This document shows positions 12,596-24,955 of a stretch of DNA of 64,000 nucleotides, piece after piece. Source of the DNA: Scyliorhinus canicula (lineage: Eukaryota); NCBI RefSeq assembly GCF_902713615.1, contig NC_052162.1, positions 99,272,559 to 99,336,558 on the forward strand, read 5' to 3'. The position numbers and the translations under genes were made by a program. Each line of letters opens with the position of its first letter. Position 1 is the first letter of the stretch. The notes below the pieces were generated by a model that saw only the letters and a list, made by a program, of their open reading frames with translations, made no database searches and was not told where the DNA came from.

Positions 12596-13880
12596 GTAAG
12601 CGATAGTTAACGTTACCAGTAACTAACTAGTGCTGACTCAACCAGAGCATGGCTTGACTGAGCCCTGCTGGGTAAGTGATAGTTAATGTAACAGCACGTT
12701 ATGTGGGCAGCATGGTAGCATTGTGGTTAGCACAATCGCTTCACAGCTCCAGGGTCCTAAGTTCGATTCCGACTTGGGTCACTGTCTGCACATCCTCCCT
12801 GTGTGTGCGTGGGTTTCCTCACACAGTCCAAAGATGTGCAGGTTAGTTGGTTTGGCCATGATAAATTGCCCTTAGTGACCAAAATAAAAGGGTTAGGAGT
12901 TATTGGGTTACGGGGATAGGGTGGAAGTGTAAGTGGGTTGGTACAGACTCAATGGGCTGAATGGCCTTCTGCACTCTATGTTCTAAAAGCTTGTGTCGCA
13001 GATCTCTGCTGGTTAACTGGTGATGGTTATATAACCCAGAATTAACTGGTTATGCCTGACCAGCATGAGTAACTAGCAATATTGTTAACATGACCTAAAC
13101 AGTAGCAACAAACTGCTGGGTAACTAGTGATACGGTTAATTAAACTGACTAGAGCTTAGGCTCACTGAACATTGTTAATTAAATATGCTGTGTGTGACGA
13201 TTGGCTGCTCCAGACCCAAGTACACCCCTTCCTTCCTCCCATGTTTTTCTGTCCTTTTTCTTCCTCTTCCTATTCTACAGTCATTTATCGATTTATTGGC
13301 TGTTGCTCGCTTGCCCAACCCACCAGTCACTCTCCCTCTCTACATTTCCCTGCTCAGGTCAACAGCGTGGGTTCAATTCCCGTACCAGCCTCCCCGAACA
13401 GGTGCCGGAATGTGGCGACTAGGGGCTTTTCACAGTAACTTCATTGAAGCCTACTCATGACAATAGGCGATTTTAATTTCATTTCATTGACAAGGCATTT
13501 GACATTGTAGGTTTGACAGAGTCTTGCAGATTGTGTGTTGCCTGCTTATCTCCTCTGGATTCCTCCCGGCCTGGCTATACTCCACACCACTTGCCCCACA
13601 TGCTGTGACTGTTTTCACCTTGGTGGCATCTTGATGTTTCCTCTTCTCCATCCCATTTCTGCCCCTCTATCTAGTTCTTCCCCTGTTGTATCCGATTTTC
13701 TCTCTCAGATTTTCTTCGGCTTTTGCACCCACCAAAGAGCTTCTCATCCACCTCTAATTGCATTGCCTTCTCTCCTGAGATCACTAGCCTCCTCTCCACT
13801 CTTCATCGCTCCCTCTTTTTAAACGGACAGGTGTCTGAGTGTGGTGATAGGGGATTTTCACAATAACTTCATTACAGTAC

Positions 13881-14080
13881 CCAAAGAGAAAATGCTGGAA
13901 AATCCCAGCAGCTCTGGCAGCATCTGTAGGAAGACAAAAGAGCTAACGCCCTTGAAACATTTGCTCTTTTCTCTCCCTACAGATGCTGCCAGACATGCTG
14001 AGATTTTCCAGCGTTTTCTCTTTGGTTTCAGATTCCAGCTTTAGTTTCAGATTTCAGCAACTGCAGGAATTTGCTTTTAA
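13881..14080. repeat. Inverted-repeat (hairpin) dispersed element; relatives at 4860-4975 and 28960-29210
   Basis: ccaaagagaaaatgctggaaaatc...gattttccagcgttttctctttgg arms of about 65 nt. Confidence 0.75.
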
Positions 14081-14696
14081 CTTCATTGCAGTGTTAATGT
14101 AAGCCTAATGTGACACTAATAAATATTATTATTATCTCCCAAATTCTTTCATCTTTCCAACTCCCTTGGCCTGTATCACTGACAAGTCCGTTCCTGACCA
14201 CTGGTATCTTTCACGAACCACACCTCCTAGATCACCTGCACCTTAGTTTCCTCCAGATTCAATAGATTCCAGCATCCCCACCTTCTCCCCATCACAATCC
14301 TCAGCACATTCTGCTACTGGCACTCTCTCTGACCAAACCTACCCTCATTTTTAAAAAAAATTAATTTATGGGTTACGCACAATGCTGGTTAGGCCAACAT
14401 TTATTGCCCATCCCTCGTTGTTATTCAGAAGGTGCGGGTGAGGTGTCTTCTTGAACCGCTGCAGTCCTTGAGGTGTAGGAACACCCACCGTGCTGTGAGG
14501 GAGTTCAAGGATGTTGTCCCAGCGACAGTGAAAGACCAGCGATTTATTTCCAAGTCAAGGTTGTGAGTGATTTGGAGGGGAATCTCCAGGTGGTGTGGTT
14601 TCCAGGTATCTGCTGTTCATGTCCTTCTAGATGGTAGTGGTCGTGGGTTGGAAGATGTTCTCTAAGGCGCCTTGGTGAGTTAATTCAGTGCATCAG

Positions 14697-15676
14697 GGAG
14701 CGTACCACAAGGATCTGTTCTGGGGCCGTTGCTGTTTGTCATTTTTATAAATGACCTAGAGGAGGGCGCAGAAGGATGGGTGAGTAAATTTGCAGACGAC
14801 ACTAAAGTCGGTGGAGTTGTAGACAGTGCGGAAGGATGTTGCAGGTTACAGAGGGACATAGATAAGCTGCAGAGCTGGGCTGAGAGGTGGCAAATGGAGT
14901 TTAATGTGGAGAAGTGTGAGGTGATTCACTTTGGAAAGAATAACAGAAATGCGGAATATTTGGCTAATGGTAAAATTCTTGGTAGTGTGGATGAGCAGAG
15001 GGATCTCGGTGTCCATGTACATAGATCCCTGAAAGTTGCCACCCAGGTTGATAGGGTTGTGAAGAAGGCCTATGGTGTGTTGGCCTTTATTGGTAGAGGG
15101 ATTGAGTTCCGGAGCCATGAGGTCATGTTGCAGTTGTACAAAACTCTAGTACGGCCGCATTTGGAGTATTGCGTACAGTTCTGGTCGCCTCATTATAGGA
15201 AGGACGTGGAAGCTTTGGAACGGGTGCAGAGGAGATTTACCAGGATGTTGCCTGGTATGGAGGGAAAATCTTATGAGGAAAGGCTGATGGACTTGAGGTT
15301 GTTTTCGTTAGAGAGAAGAAGGTTAAGAGGTGACTTAATAGAGGCATACAAAATGATCAGAGGGTTAGATAGGGTGGACAGCGAGAGCCTTCTCCCGCGG
15401 ATGGAGGTGGCTAGCACGAGGGGACATAGCCTTAAATTGAGGGGTAATAGATATAGGTCAGAGGTGGGTTTTTTACGCAAAGAGTGGTGAGGCCGTGGAA
15501 TGCCCTACCTGCAACAGTAGTGAACACGCCAACATTGAGGGCATTTAAAAATTTATTGGATAAGCATATGGATGATAAGGGCATAGTGTAGGTTAGATGG
15601 CCTTTAGATTTTTTCCATGTCGGTGCAACATCGAGGGCCGAAGGGCCTGTAATGCGCTGTATCGTTCTATGTTCTA
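14697..15676 (+). mobile_element. 5'-truncated CR1 LINE (ORF2 RT C-terminal part, ORF 14729-15490)
   Basis: FINDL...KFADDTK...YKTLVRPHLEYCVQFWSP...ERRRLRGDLIE motifs; tail ttctatgttctat. Confidence 0.93.
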
Positions 15677-16500
15677 TCTTGCAGATTGTACACACAGATG
15701 CCACTGTTTGTCGGTGGTGGAGGGTTTGAATGTTTGTGGAAGGAAGAGCAATCAAGCGGGCTGTTTTGTCGTGGATGGTGTTGAGCTTCTTGAGTGTTGT
15801 TGGAACTGCACTCAGTGGGCTGTTTAGCACAGAGCTAAATTGCTGATTTTGAAAGCAGACCAAGGCAGGCCAGCAGCATGGTTCAATTCCTGTAACAGCC
15901 TACCTGAACAGGCGCCGGAATGTGGCAACTAGGGGCTTTTCACAGTAACTTCATTTGAAGCCTACTTGTGACAATAAGCGATTTTCATCCAGGCAAGCGG
16001 AGAGTATTCCATTACACTCCTCACTTGTGCCTTGTAGATGGTGGACAGGTTTGTGTGTGTGTGTGTGGGGGGGGGGAAGAGTCAGGAGAGGAGTTACTCG
16101 CCGTAGAATTCCTCGCCTTTGACTTGCCCTGGTAGCCACAGTATTGATGTGACTAGTCCAGTTCAGTTTCTGATCAACGGTAACCCCCAGGAAGTTGATT
16201 GTGGGGGATTCAGTGATGATAATGCCATTGATGTGAAAGGACATGGTTAAATCCTCTCTTGTAGGAGATGGTCATTGCTTGGCACTTCTGTGGCGCAAAT
16301 GTAACTTGCCACTTGTCAGCCCAAGCTTGGATATTGTCCAGGTCTTGCTGCATTTGGTCATGGACTGCTTCAGTATCTGAGGAGTCGCGAGTGGTGCTGA
16401 ACATTGTACAGTCATCAGAAAATATCCCCACTTCTGGCCTTATGATGGAAGGAAGGTCATTGATGAAGCAGCTCAAGATGGTTGGGCCTAGGGGCTCCTG
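15676..16500 (-). mobile_element. Older CR1-clade LINE RT fragment (its 3' part continues at 14350-14696; related pieces at 1410-1790 and 49580-50140)
   Basis: LGPTILSCFINDLP...IFSDDCT...QQDLDNIQAWADKWQVTF motifs. Confidence 0.8.
15815..15988 (+). mobile_element. Short (about 175 nt) tRNA-like SINE without V-domain; copies at 1562-1720(-), 8860-8960(-), 11737-11920(+), 13355-13490(+), 16712-16875(+), 34567-34750(+), 43110-43300(-), 45835-46010(-)
   Basis: B-box ggttcaattcc; tail ggaatgtggcgactaggggcttttcacagtaacttcattgaagcctac...; mostly (tttca)n ends. Confidence 0.8.
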
Positions 16501-18752
16501 TTGTGGCTTGGTGATGATTGCTTTCTTTGATAACGCTCCCATGAAGCACCCTAGGATGTTGAACTATGTGAAAGGTGCTGTGCAAGTTGTCAGAGAGCAA
16601 AGATAAACTGCAGACAGCTTCAAACATTGGGAACATTGAAGCTACATCTTTGGCCCCCTTCAGATTGCGTTCCCTTGCCATCCCTTTCCTGACCACTGTC
16701 TCGTATGGTGACAGATTAGCTCACTGGGCTAAATCACTGGCTTTTAAAGCAGGCCAGCGGCACGGTTCGATTCCCATACCAGCCTCCCCGAGCAGGTGCC
16801 GGAATGTGGCGACTAGGGGCTTTTCACAGTAACTTCATTGAAGCCTCCTCGTGACAATAAGCGTTTTTCATTTTCGGATTGTTTACGTCCTCCGCATCCT
16901 ATCTGAGTCTGAACTAAGCATCCCTCATCACAGAGGCACCTCCCGTTCACCTCTTCACCACCTGCTGTGTTAACTCTGAAATTTTGATTTAACTTTCTGA
17001 ATTTCACTGAACAAGCTATTTCTGCTACTCTGTGTTCAGTTTGTTGTATCCGTCTTACTGCAGCTGTACAATAGATTGCGTTCAGTGCTGCTTTCTGAGA
17101 AAACCCGCAGGCATAGAAATCTTAGAGAAGCTTTAGGAGCCGCTCCAAGGGGTTGCAGCATCTCTTGATGACTAGCCATTCAAAAACTGCTGTCTTCGTG
17201 TTGGAGAGAGTTGAATGAGAGTTGAATACAGATGTCTGATATACTGGGAGGGTGCGAGAAAACCTGCAAACTAGTTCAATTTAAACCAGGACTGCAGGAC
17301 AGAGGGTCATGGGATTAGTATCTCTGGGAGGAGACTGGAATGAGTTGATCGACATGTACCTGATAGTGAGTCAGTCCCAGTCTAAGGAGAGATGAATTGG
17401 ATAGAGTCTCCTCATCTCCACAGAGTGTGAGCCATTCCATTGTTTTACCTTCTTTTTACTCTATATATTTTAGCCATAAGAGGTCGACAGCACAGAAAAG
17501 ACCCTTCTTTGCCCTTTGTGCAGGTCAAAAACAACCCCCTATTCTAGTCCTATTTTTCCGCACTTGGCCCATAGCCTTGCATGCCAGGGCATCACAAGTG
17601 GACATCTAAATACTTCTTGCGATGCTTCTTCTACTTGTAGGAAAGATGTTTCATTGTGTACCTTAATTTTATTTTAGTTTCTTTACCCAATTCACTTTTT
17701 CAAAACCTTGCTTTCTGCTTGCCCACACTACACAATGTACGTGGTCGCTCTGGTTCCAACCACACACCTCAGCCACCATCCCCTGTCTGCTTCTCACCAC
17801 TCTGCTGCCCCCATGGGAGTTTTGATGGCATTGGGGCTTGGATCAGGGTGGGGTGGGAGCGGTTGGGGATCTGCCCAAGCTTGGAAGTGAGCATAGACTT
17901 TGAATGATTGAAGCCTGCGTGCCATAAAGGTTCTGAACTTCGCCGAATATTCTGACAAGTCTGGGTGTTTGGGAGGGGGGGGGGGGGGTGTCAGAGCAAT
18001 TGTCGCCACTGGGGGTTGCAATCAGGGAATGGGGTTGGAATTAATGGGAAACTCAGGACGAGGGAGGCCCAAGCTTTCCTCGTGTTCTGATGCACCCTGA
18101 GCTCCCCCTGGGGCAGCAGGGTAGCATGGTGGTTAGCATACATGCTTCACAGCTCCAGGGTCCCAGGTTCGATTCCCGGCTGGGTCACTGTCTGTGTGGA
18201 GTCTGCACGTCCTCCCCCTGTGTGCGTGGGTTTCCTCCGGGTGCTCCGGTTTCCTCCCACAGTCCAAAGATGTGCGGGTTAGGTGGATTGGCCATGCTAA
18301 ATTGCCCGTAGTGTCGTAATAAAAGTAAGGTTAAGGGGGGGGGGGTTGTTGGGTTACGGGTATAGGGTGGATACGTGGGTTTGAGTAGGGTGATCATGGC
18401 TCGGCGCAACATTGAGGGCCGAAGGGCCTGTTCTGTGCTGTACTGTTCTATGTTCTACAACAGCAGAGCACAGGAAGACCAGAGAGAATAGATTACTGCT
18501 CTGCTTCGATTGCCAGCTACCCGATTTAAGGTGAGAGGTTTATCGCCTCACGTGATCCATGGGGTCAAAGCAGAAAATTTGTTTGTTTCAGACACGGGTT
18601 AATTTTTAACAACCGGTCACATTCCAGAATTTCAGAACAGATTTTCAGTAGACAAAAGAATTGCAGTGACAGGCTCGAGAGTGGGCCTGGTGGTAAATGT
18701 GGAGGGTCACAGAAGCCAGTGAGTTGTAGAAACAGTAGTCTTGGTATTTTCT

Positions 18753-21570
18753 AGCATTTACAGGGCTCACTGCAACTGTGAGCATTTACAGGGCTCTCTG
18801 GGACTGTGTGAGTATTTACAGGGCTCTCTGGGACTGTGTGAGTATTTACAGGGCTCTCTGGGACTGAGTATTTACAGGGCTCTCTGGGACTGTGTGAGTA
18901 TTTACAGGGCTCTCTGGAACTGCGTGAGTATTTACAGGGCTCTCTGGGACTGCGTCAGTATTTACAGGGCTCACTGGGACTGCGTGAGTATTTACAGGGC
19001 TCTCTGGGACTGAGTATTTACAGGGCTCACTGGGACTGTGTGAGTATTTACAGGGCTCTCTGGGACTGTGTGAGTATTTACAGGGCTCTCTGGAACTGCG
19101 TGAGTATTTACAGGGCTCTCTGGGACTGCGTCAGTATTTACAGGGCTCACTGGGACTGCGTGAGTATTTACAGGGCTCTCTGGGACTGAGTATTTACAGG
19201 GCTCACTGGGACTGTGTGAGTATTTACAGGGCTCACTGGGACTGTGAGAGTATTTACAGGGCTCACTGGGACTGTGTGAGCATTTACAGGGCTCTCTGGG
19301 ACTGTGTTAATATTTACAGGGCTCTCTGGGACTGCGTCAGTATTTACAGGGCTCACTGGGACTGAGTATTTACAGGGCTCACTGGGACTGCGTCAGTATT
19401 TACAGGGCTCACTGGGACTGTGAGAGTATTTACAGGGCTCACTGGGACTGCGTGAGTATTTACAGGGCTCTCTGGGACTGAGTATTTACAGGGCTCACTG
19501 GGACTGCGTCAGTATTTACAGGGCTCACTGGGACTGCGTGAGTATTTACAGGGCTCTCTGGGACTGAGTATTTACAGGGCTAGCTGGGACTGCGTGCGTA
19601 TTTACAGGGCTCACTGGGACTGCGTGAGTATTTACAGGGCTCTCTGGGACTGTGTGAGTATTTACAGGGCTCTCTGGGACTGTGTGAGTATTTACAGGGC
19701 TCTCTGGGACTGCGTGAGTATTTACAGGGCTCTCTGGGACTGAGTATTTACAGGGCTCTCTGGGACTGAGTATTTACAGGGCTCACTGGGACTGCGTCAG
19801 TATTTACAGGGCTCACTGGGACTGCGTGAGTATTTACAGGGCTCTCTGGGACTGAGTATTTACAGGGCTAGCTGGGACTGCGTGCGTATTTACAGGGCTC
19901 ACTGGGACTGCGTGAGTATTTACAGGGCTCTCTGGGACTGTGTGAGTATTTACAGGGCTCTCTGGGACTGTGTGAGTATTTACAGGGCTCTCTGGGACTG
20001 CGTGAGTATTTACAGGGCTCTCTGGGACTGTGTTAATATTTACAGGGCTCGCTGGGACTGTGTGAGTATTTACAGGGCTTTCTGGGACTGCGTCAGTATT
20101 TACAGGGCTCACTGGGACTGCGTGAGTATTTACAGGGCTCTCTGGGACTGAGTATTTACAGGGCTAGCTGGGACTGTGAGAGTATTTACAGGGCTCACTG
20201 GGACTGTGTGAGTATTTACAGGGCTCTCTGGGACTGAGTATTTACAGGGCTAGCTGGGACTGCGTGCGTATTTACAGGGCTCACTGGGACTGCGTGAGTA
20301 TTTACAGGGCTCTCTGGGACTGTGTGAGTATTTACAGGGCTCTCTGGGACTGTGTGAGTATTTACAGGGCTCTCTGGGACTGAGTATTTACAGGGCTCTC
20401 TGGGACTGTGTGAGTATTTACAGTGCTCTCTGGGACTGCGTGAGTATTTACAGGGCTCTCTGGGACTGAGTATTTACAGGGCTAGCTGGGACTGCGTGCG
20501 TATTTACAGGGCTCACTGGGACTGGGTGAATATTCACAGGGCTCTCTGGGACTGTGTGAGTATTTACAGGGCTCTCTGGGACTGTGTGAGTATTTACAGG
20601 ACTCACTGGGACTGCGTGAGTATTTACAGGGCTCACTGGGACTGTGTGAATATTTACAGGCCTCTCTGGGACTGAGAGTACTTACACGGCTCTCTGGGAC
20701 TGCGTGCGTATTTACAGGGCTCACTGGGACTGCGTGCGTATTTACAGGGCTCTCTGGGACTGTGTGCATATTTACAGGGCTCACTGGGACTGTGCGAATA
20801 TTTACAGGGCTCACTGGGACTGTGTGAGTATTTACAGGGCTCTCTGGGACTGCGTGTGTATTTACAGGGCTCACTGGGACTGCGTGAGTATTTACAGGGC
20901 TCACTGGGACTGTGAGTATTTACATGGCTCACTGGGACTGCGTGAGTATTTACTGGGCTCTCTGGAACTGCGTGAATATTTACAGGGCTCTCTGGGACTG
21001 CGTGAGTATTTACAGGGCTCTCTGGGACTGCGTGAGTATTTACAGGGCTCTCTGGGACTGCGTGTGTATTTACAGGGCTCACTGGGACTGCGTGAGTATT
21101 TACAGGGTTCTCTGGGACTGCGTGAGTATTTACAGGGCTCACTGGGACTGTGAGTATTTACATGGCTCACTGGGACTGCGTGAGTATTTACTGGGCTCTC
21201 TGGAACTGCGTGAATATTTACAGGGCTCTCTGGGACTGCGTGAGTATTTACAGGGCTCTCTGGAACTACGTGAGTATTTACAGGGCTCACTGGGACTGCG
21301 TGAGTATTTACAGGGCTCACTGGGACTGCGTGAGTATTTACAGGGCTCTCTGGGACTGCGTGAGTATTTACAGGGCACTCTGGAACTACGTGAGTATTTA
21401 CAGGGCTCTCTGGAACTACGTGAGTATTTACAGGGCTCTCTGGAACTACGTGACTATTTACAGAGCTTGCTGGGACTGCGTGAGTATTTACAGCGTGAGT
21501 GTGTCAGTATTTGCACTGGATACCGGGGTGCGTGTCAGTATTTACATGGATTCTGGGGAGCGTGTCATTA
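18753..21570. repeat. Tandem minisatellite of 30-nt units (26/28-nt variants), roughly 95 copies, in the TIMM8A intron
   Basis: Unit gtgagtatttacagggctc(t/a)ctgggactg(c/t). Confidence 0.97.
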
Positions 21571-23714
21571 TTTACACGGGATCCATCCGGAGAGCACTTC
21601 GGCGCGTGCACGGGATCGCTGCGGGATCACGTCCTTGTTTACATGAGGTCTCGTAAATTCATTCAACCCACCCAAACCATTTTGTGCTTTTGCCTGTGTG
21701 AGCAATGCCTTGGTAGCCGCCTCCTACCCTGGTCCGACATTCCTTTATCAATCTTTCCCTTATCCATCTATCTACCTATTCCTCAAGGTCAGTATAATCT
21801 CCGATATCACATATCCCTGTCATTACTAAAACACCTAATTAAACTGCTGTAACATCGGCCAAATGCACAGCTGCCTCAGCCCACCTGCTGCTGAAACCTT
21901 CATCCATGCTTTTGTTGGAGGAGACTTGACAATTCCCATACGCTCTGGCTTCTCTTCCAGCTTCCAACCTCTAGCGTCATGAGCTCTTAGAAAACTGTTC
22001 TGTATCTCACCAAATCCCATTTCGCTCTTTGCTTGCTGACCTACACTGGCTCCTGGTTAAGCAAGTTAGTGTTTTCAAATGAGACCGACCTCTCCTCTCC
22101 TCTATTTCTGTAACTTGTTGCAGCCTCTCTACCTTCCGACGTCTCTGCACTTGTTTCCGGGGCCGCTTGTGCATCTGTAGTTTTAATTGCCCCACAAATG
22201 GTGGCCTGGCTTTGAGTTGGAATTTGCTCACAACTTCTCCACCTTTTTCTTTCCTTCCAGATGCCATGGCCTCTAACACAGGCTTGGTCATGTGTCCATA
22301 CATCGCCTTGTGTGTCTCATCCTGGTTTGGTTTAGAATGCTCCTGGTGATGTTTTTTTAAAAAAAGTTTTAAAAAATAAATATGGACTACCCAATGATAT
22401 TTCCAATTTTAAGGGGCAATTTAGTGTGGCCAATCCACCTAATCTACATATCTTTGGGTTTTGGAGGTGAAACCCACTCAGACACACGGAGAATGTGCAA
22501 ACTCCACACAGACCGTGACCCGGGGCTGGGATCGAACCCAGGTCCTCAGCATGGTAGGCAGCAGTGCTAACTACTGTGATGCCCTTGCAATGTTTTAATC
22601 CATTAAAGATGATATACACACAAATGTTAATTGTTTAATCACTAACTCTGGGAATCTATTCTGCAACCTCACAACTTACTGTATAAATTAAAATGTTCCT
22701 GTTTCTGCCCTAGATCTCTTACATTAATCTTGTATCTAGAACATAGAACAGCACAGAACAGGCCCTTCGGCCCTCAATGTTGTGCCGAGCCATGATCACC
22801 CTACTCAAACCCACGTATCCACCCTATACTCGTAACCCAACAACCCCACCCTTAACCTTACTTTAATTAGGACACTACGGGCAATTTATCATGGCCAATC
22901 CACCTAACCCGCACATCTTTGGACTGTGGGAGGAAACCGGAGCACCCGGAGGAAACCCACGCACACAGGGGGAGGACGTGCAGACTCCACACAGACAGTG
23001 ACCCAGCCGGGAATCGAACCTGGGACCCTGGAGCTGTGAAGCATTTATGCTAACCACCATGCTACCCTGCTGCCCCGTGTGTGCATCTGTCTGCATCTGT
23101 GTTGCTTTTTACAAGATCTTCAATCTCCAGAAACAATCCGCAAACTGTATCTTAAAAACTTAGATCAGACTACCCCGAAATCGCCATTGTAACTTCACCT
23201 TGTATCGATTCACTGTTACAGCTCGACTTTTAGATTCTTTGCCTCTTTATCGGAAGAGTATTATTTACTTCCCATTTAAGTTTCTTCCGTAAATTTCAAT
23301 GTTTTCCCTTTCCCTACTGAACTCTGTGGGACCCCACTACCTATTTCCAACCATTGTCTGAAGTTATTGTTAAACCTATTTGCTATCCTCCCTTCATTCT
23401 TTGTGCTCTATTCTGCTGCGTGCTGCATTGTCAAAAGCTTTTTGAAGGTGCACAGCTCATATAAAACATAGAACAGCACAGAACAGGCCCTTCGGCCCTT
23501 GATGTTGTGCCGAGCCTTCTCCGAAACCAAGATCAAGCTATCCCATTCCCTGTCACTGTGGTGTGCTCCATGTGCCTATCCAATAACCGCTTGAAAGTTC
23601 CTAAAGTGTCCGCCTCCACTATCACAGCAGGCAGTCCATTCCACACCCTAACCACTCTGAGTAAAGAACCTACCTCGAACATCCCTCCTATATCTCCCAC
23701 CCCGAACCTTATAG

Positions 23715-24955
23715 TTCAGGAAAACAGTGGCCGGATTTGACAGTCAGCATGGATTTACGAAAGGGAAATCAAGCTTGACAAATCTACTAGAATTCTTTGA
23801 GGATGTAACTCATAGAGTTGACAAGGAGGAGCCAGTGGATGTGGTTTACTTGGACTTTCGGCAAAATCCCGCATTAGAGATTAGCATGTAAAATTAAAGC
23901 ACAAGGGTTTAGGGGTACTGAATTAAGATTGATAGAAAACTGGTTGACAGACAGGAAAGAAAGAGCAGGAATAAATGGAAGGCAGTGACTATTGGGGTAC
24001 CGCAGTGGTCAGTGCTGGGACCCCAGCTATTCAATATAAAGATTAATGACTTGGATGAGGATACTAAATGTCATATGGCCAAATTTCCATTTGGCACAAA
24101 GCTGGGTGGGAGAGTGAGCTGTGAGGAGAATGTGATTTGGGCAAGTTGAGTGAGTGGGCAAATGAATGACAGATGCCATGTATTTTGGATAAATGTGAGA
24201 TTATCCACTTTGGTAGCAAAAATGGGAAGGCAGACTATTATCTGAACAGTCATAAATTAGGAGAGGGGGATGTGCAACGAGATTTGGGTGTTCTCATACA
24301 CCAGTCGCTGAAAATAAGCATGCAGGTGCAGCAGGAAGTAAAGAATGCAAATGATATGTTGGCCTTCATTGCGAGAGGATTCGAGTACAGGAGCAGGATG
24401 TCTTGCTGCAATTATACAGGCCACATCTGGAATATTGTGTGCAGTTTTGGTTGCCTTATCTGACGAAGGATGATCCTATTCTAAAGGGAGTGCAGTGAAG
24501 GTTTGCCAGACTGATTCCTGGGTCGGCAGGACTGATGTATGAGGAGAGATTGGGTCAATTAGGATTGTATTCACTGGAGTTCAGAAGATTGAGGGGGGAA
24601 TCTCATAGAAACCTATAAACATCTAACAGTACTGGACAGGATAGATGCAAGAAAGATGTTCCCGATGGTGGGGGTGCCCAGAACTAGGGGTCACAGTTTG
24701 AGGACGCGGTGCAGACCATTTAGGACTGAGGTGAGGAGAATTGTTTTTGCCCAAAGTGGTGAGCCTGTGTAATTCATTATCACAGGTAGTTGAGGCCAAA
24801 ACATTGTATGTTTTCAAGAAGCAGTTAGATATTGCACTGGGCGAAGGGGATCAAAACATATGGAGGGAAAGCAGGATCAGACTACTGAGTTCAATGATCA
24901 TAATGAATGGCGGCGCAGGGCCGAATGACATCATTCTGCTCCAATTTTCTATGTT
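23715..24955 (+). mobile_element. Decayed CR1 LINE 3' region
   Basis: DKCEIIHFG...QRDLGVLIHQSLK motifs with frameshifts. Confidence 0.85.

Noticed and set aside
18110-18190. tRNA genes
   Set aside because: The A/B boxes belong to SINE heads that run straight into V-domains; no full cloverleaf
18753-21570. CRISPR-like array or repeat-protein ORFs (e.g. 20912-21646)
   Set aside because: Units are contiguous with no unique spacers and no cas genes; the ORFs are by-products of a 30-nt period
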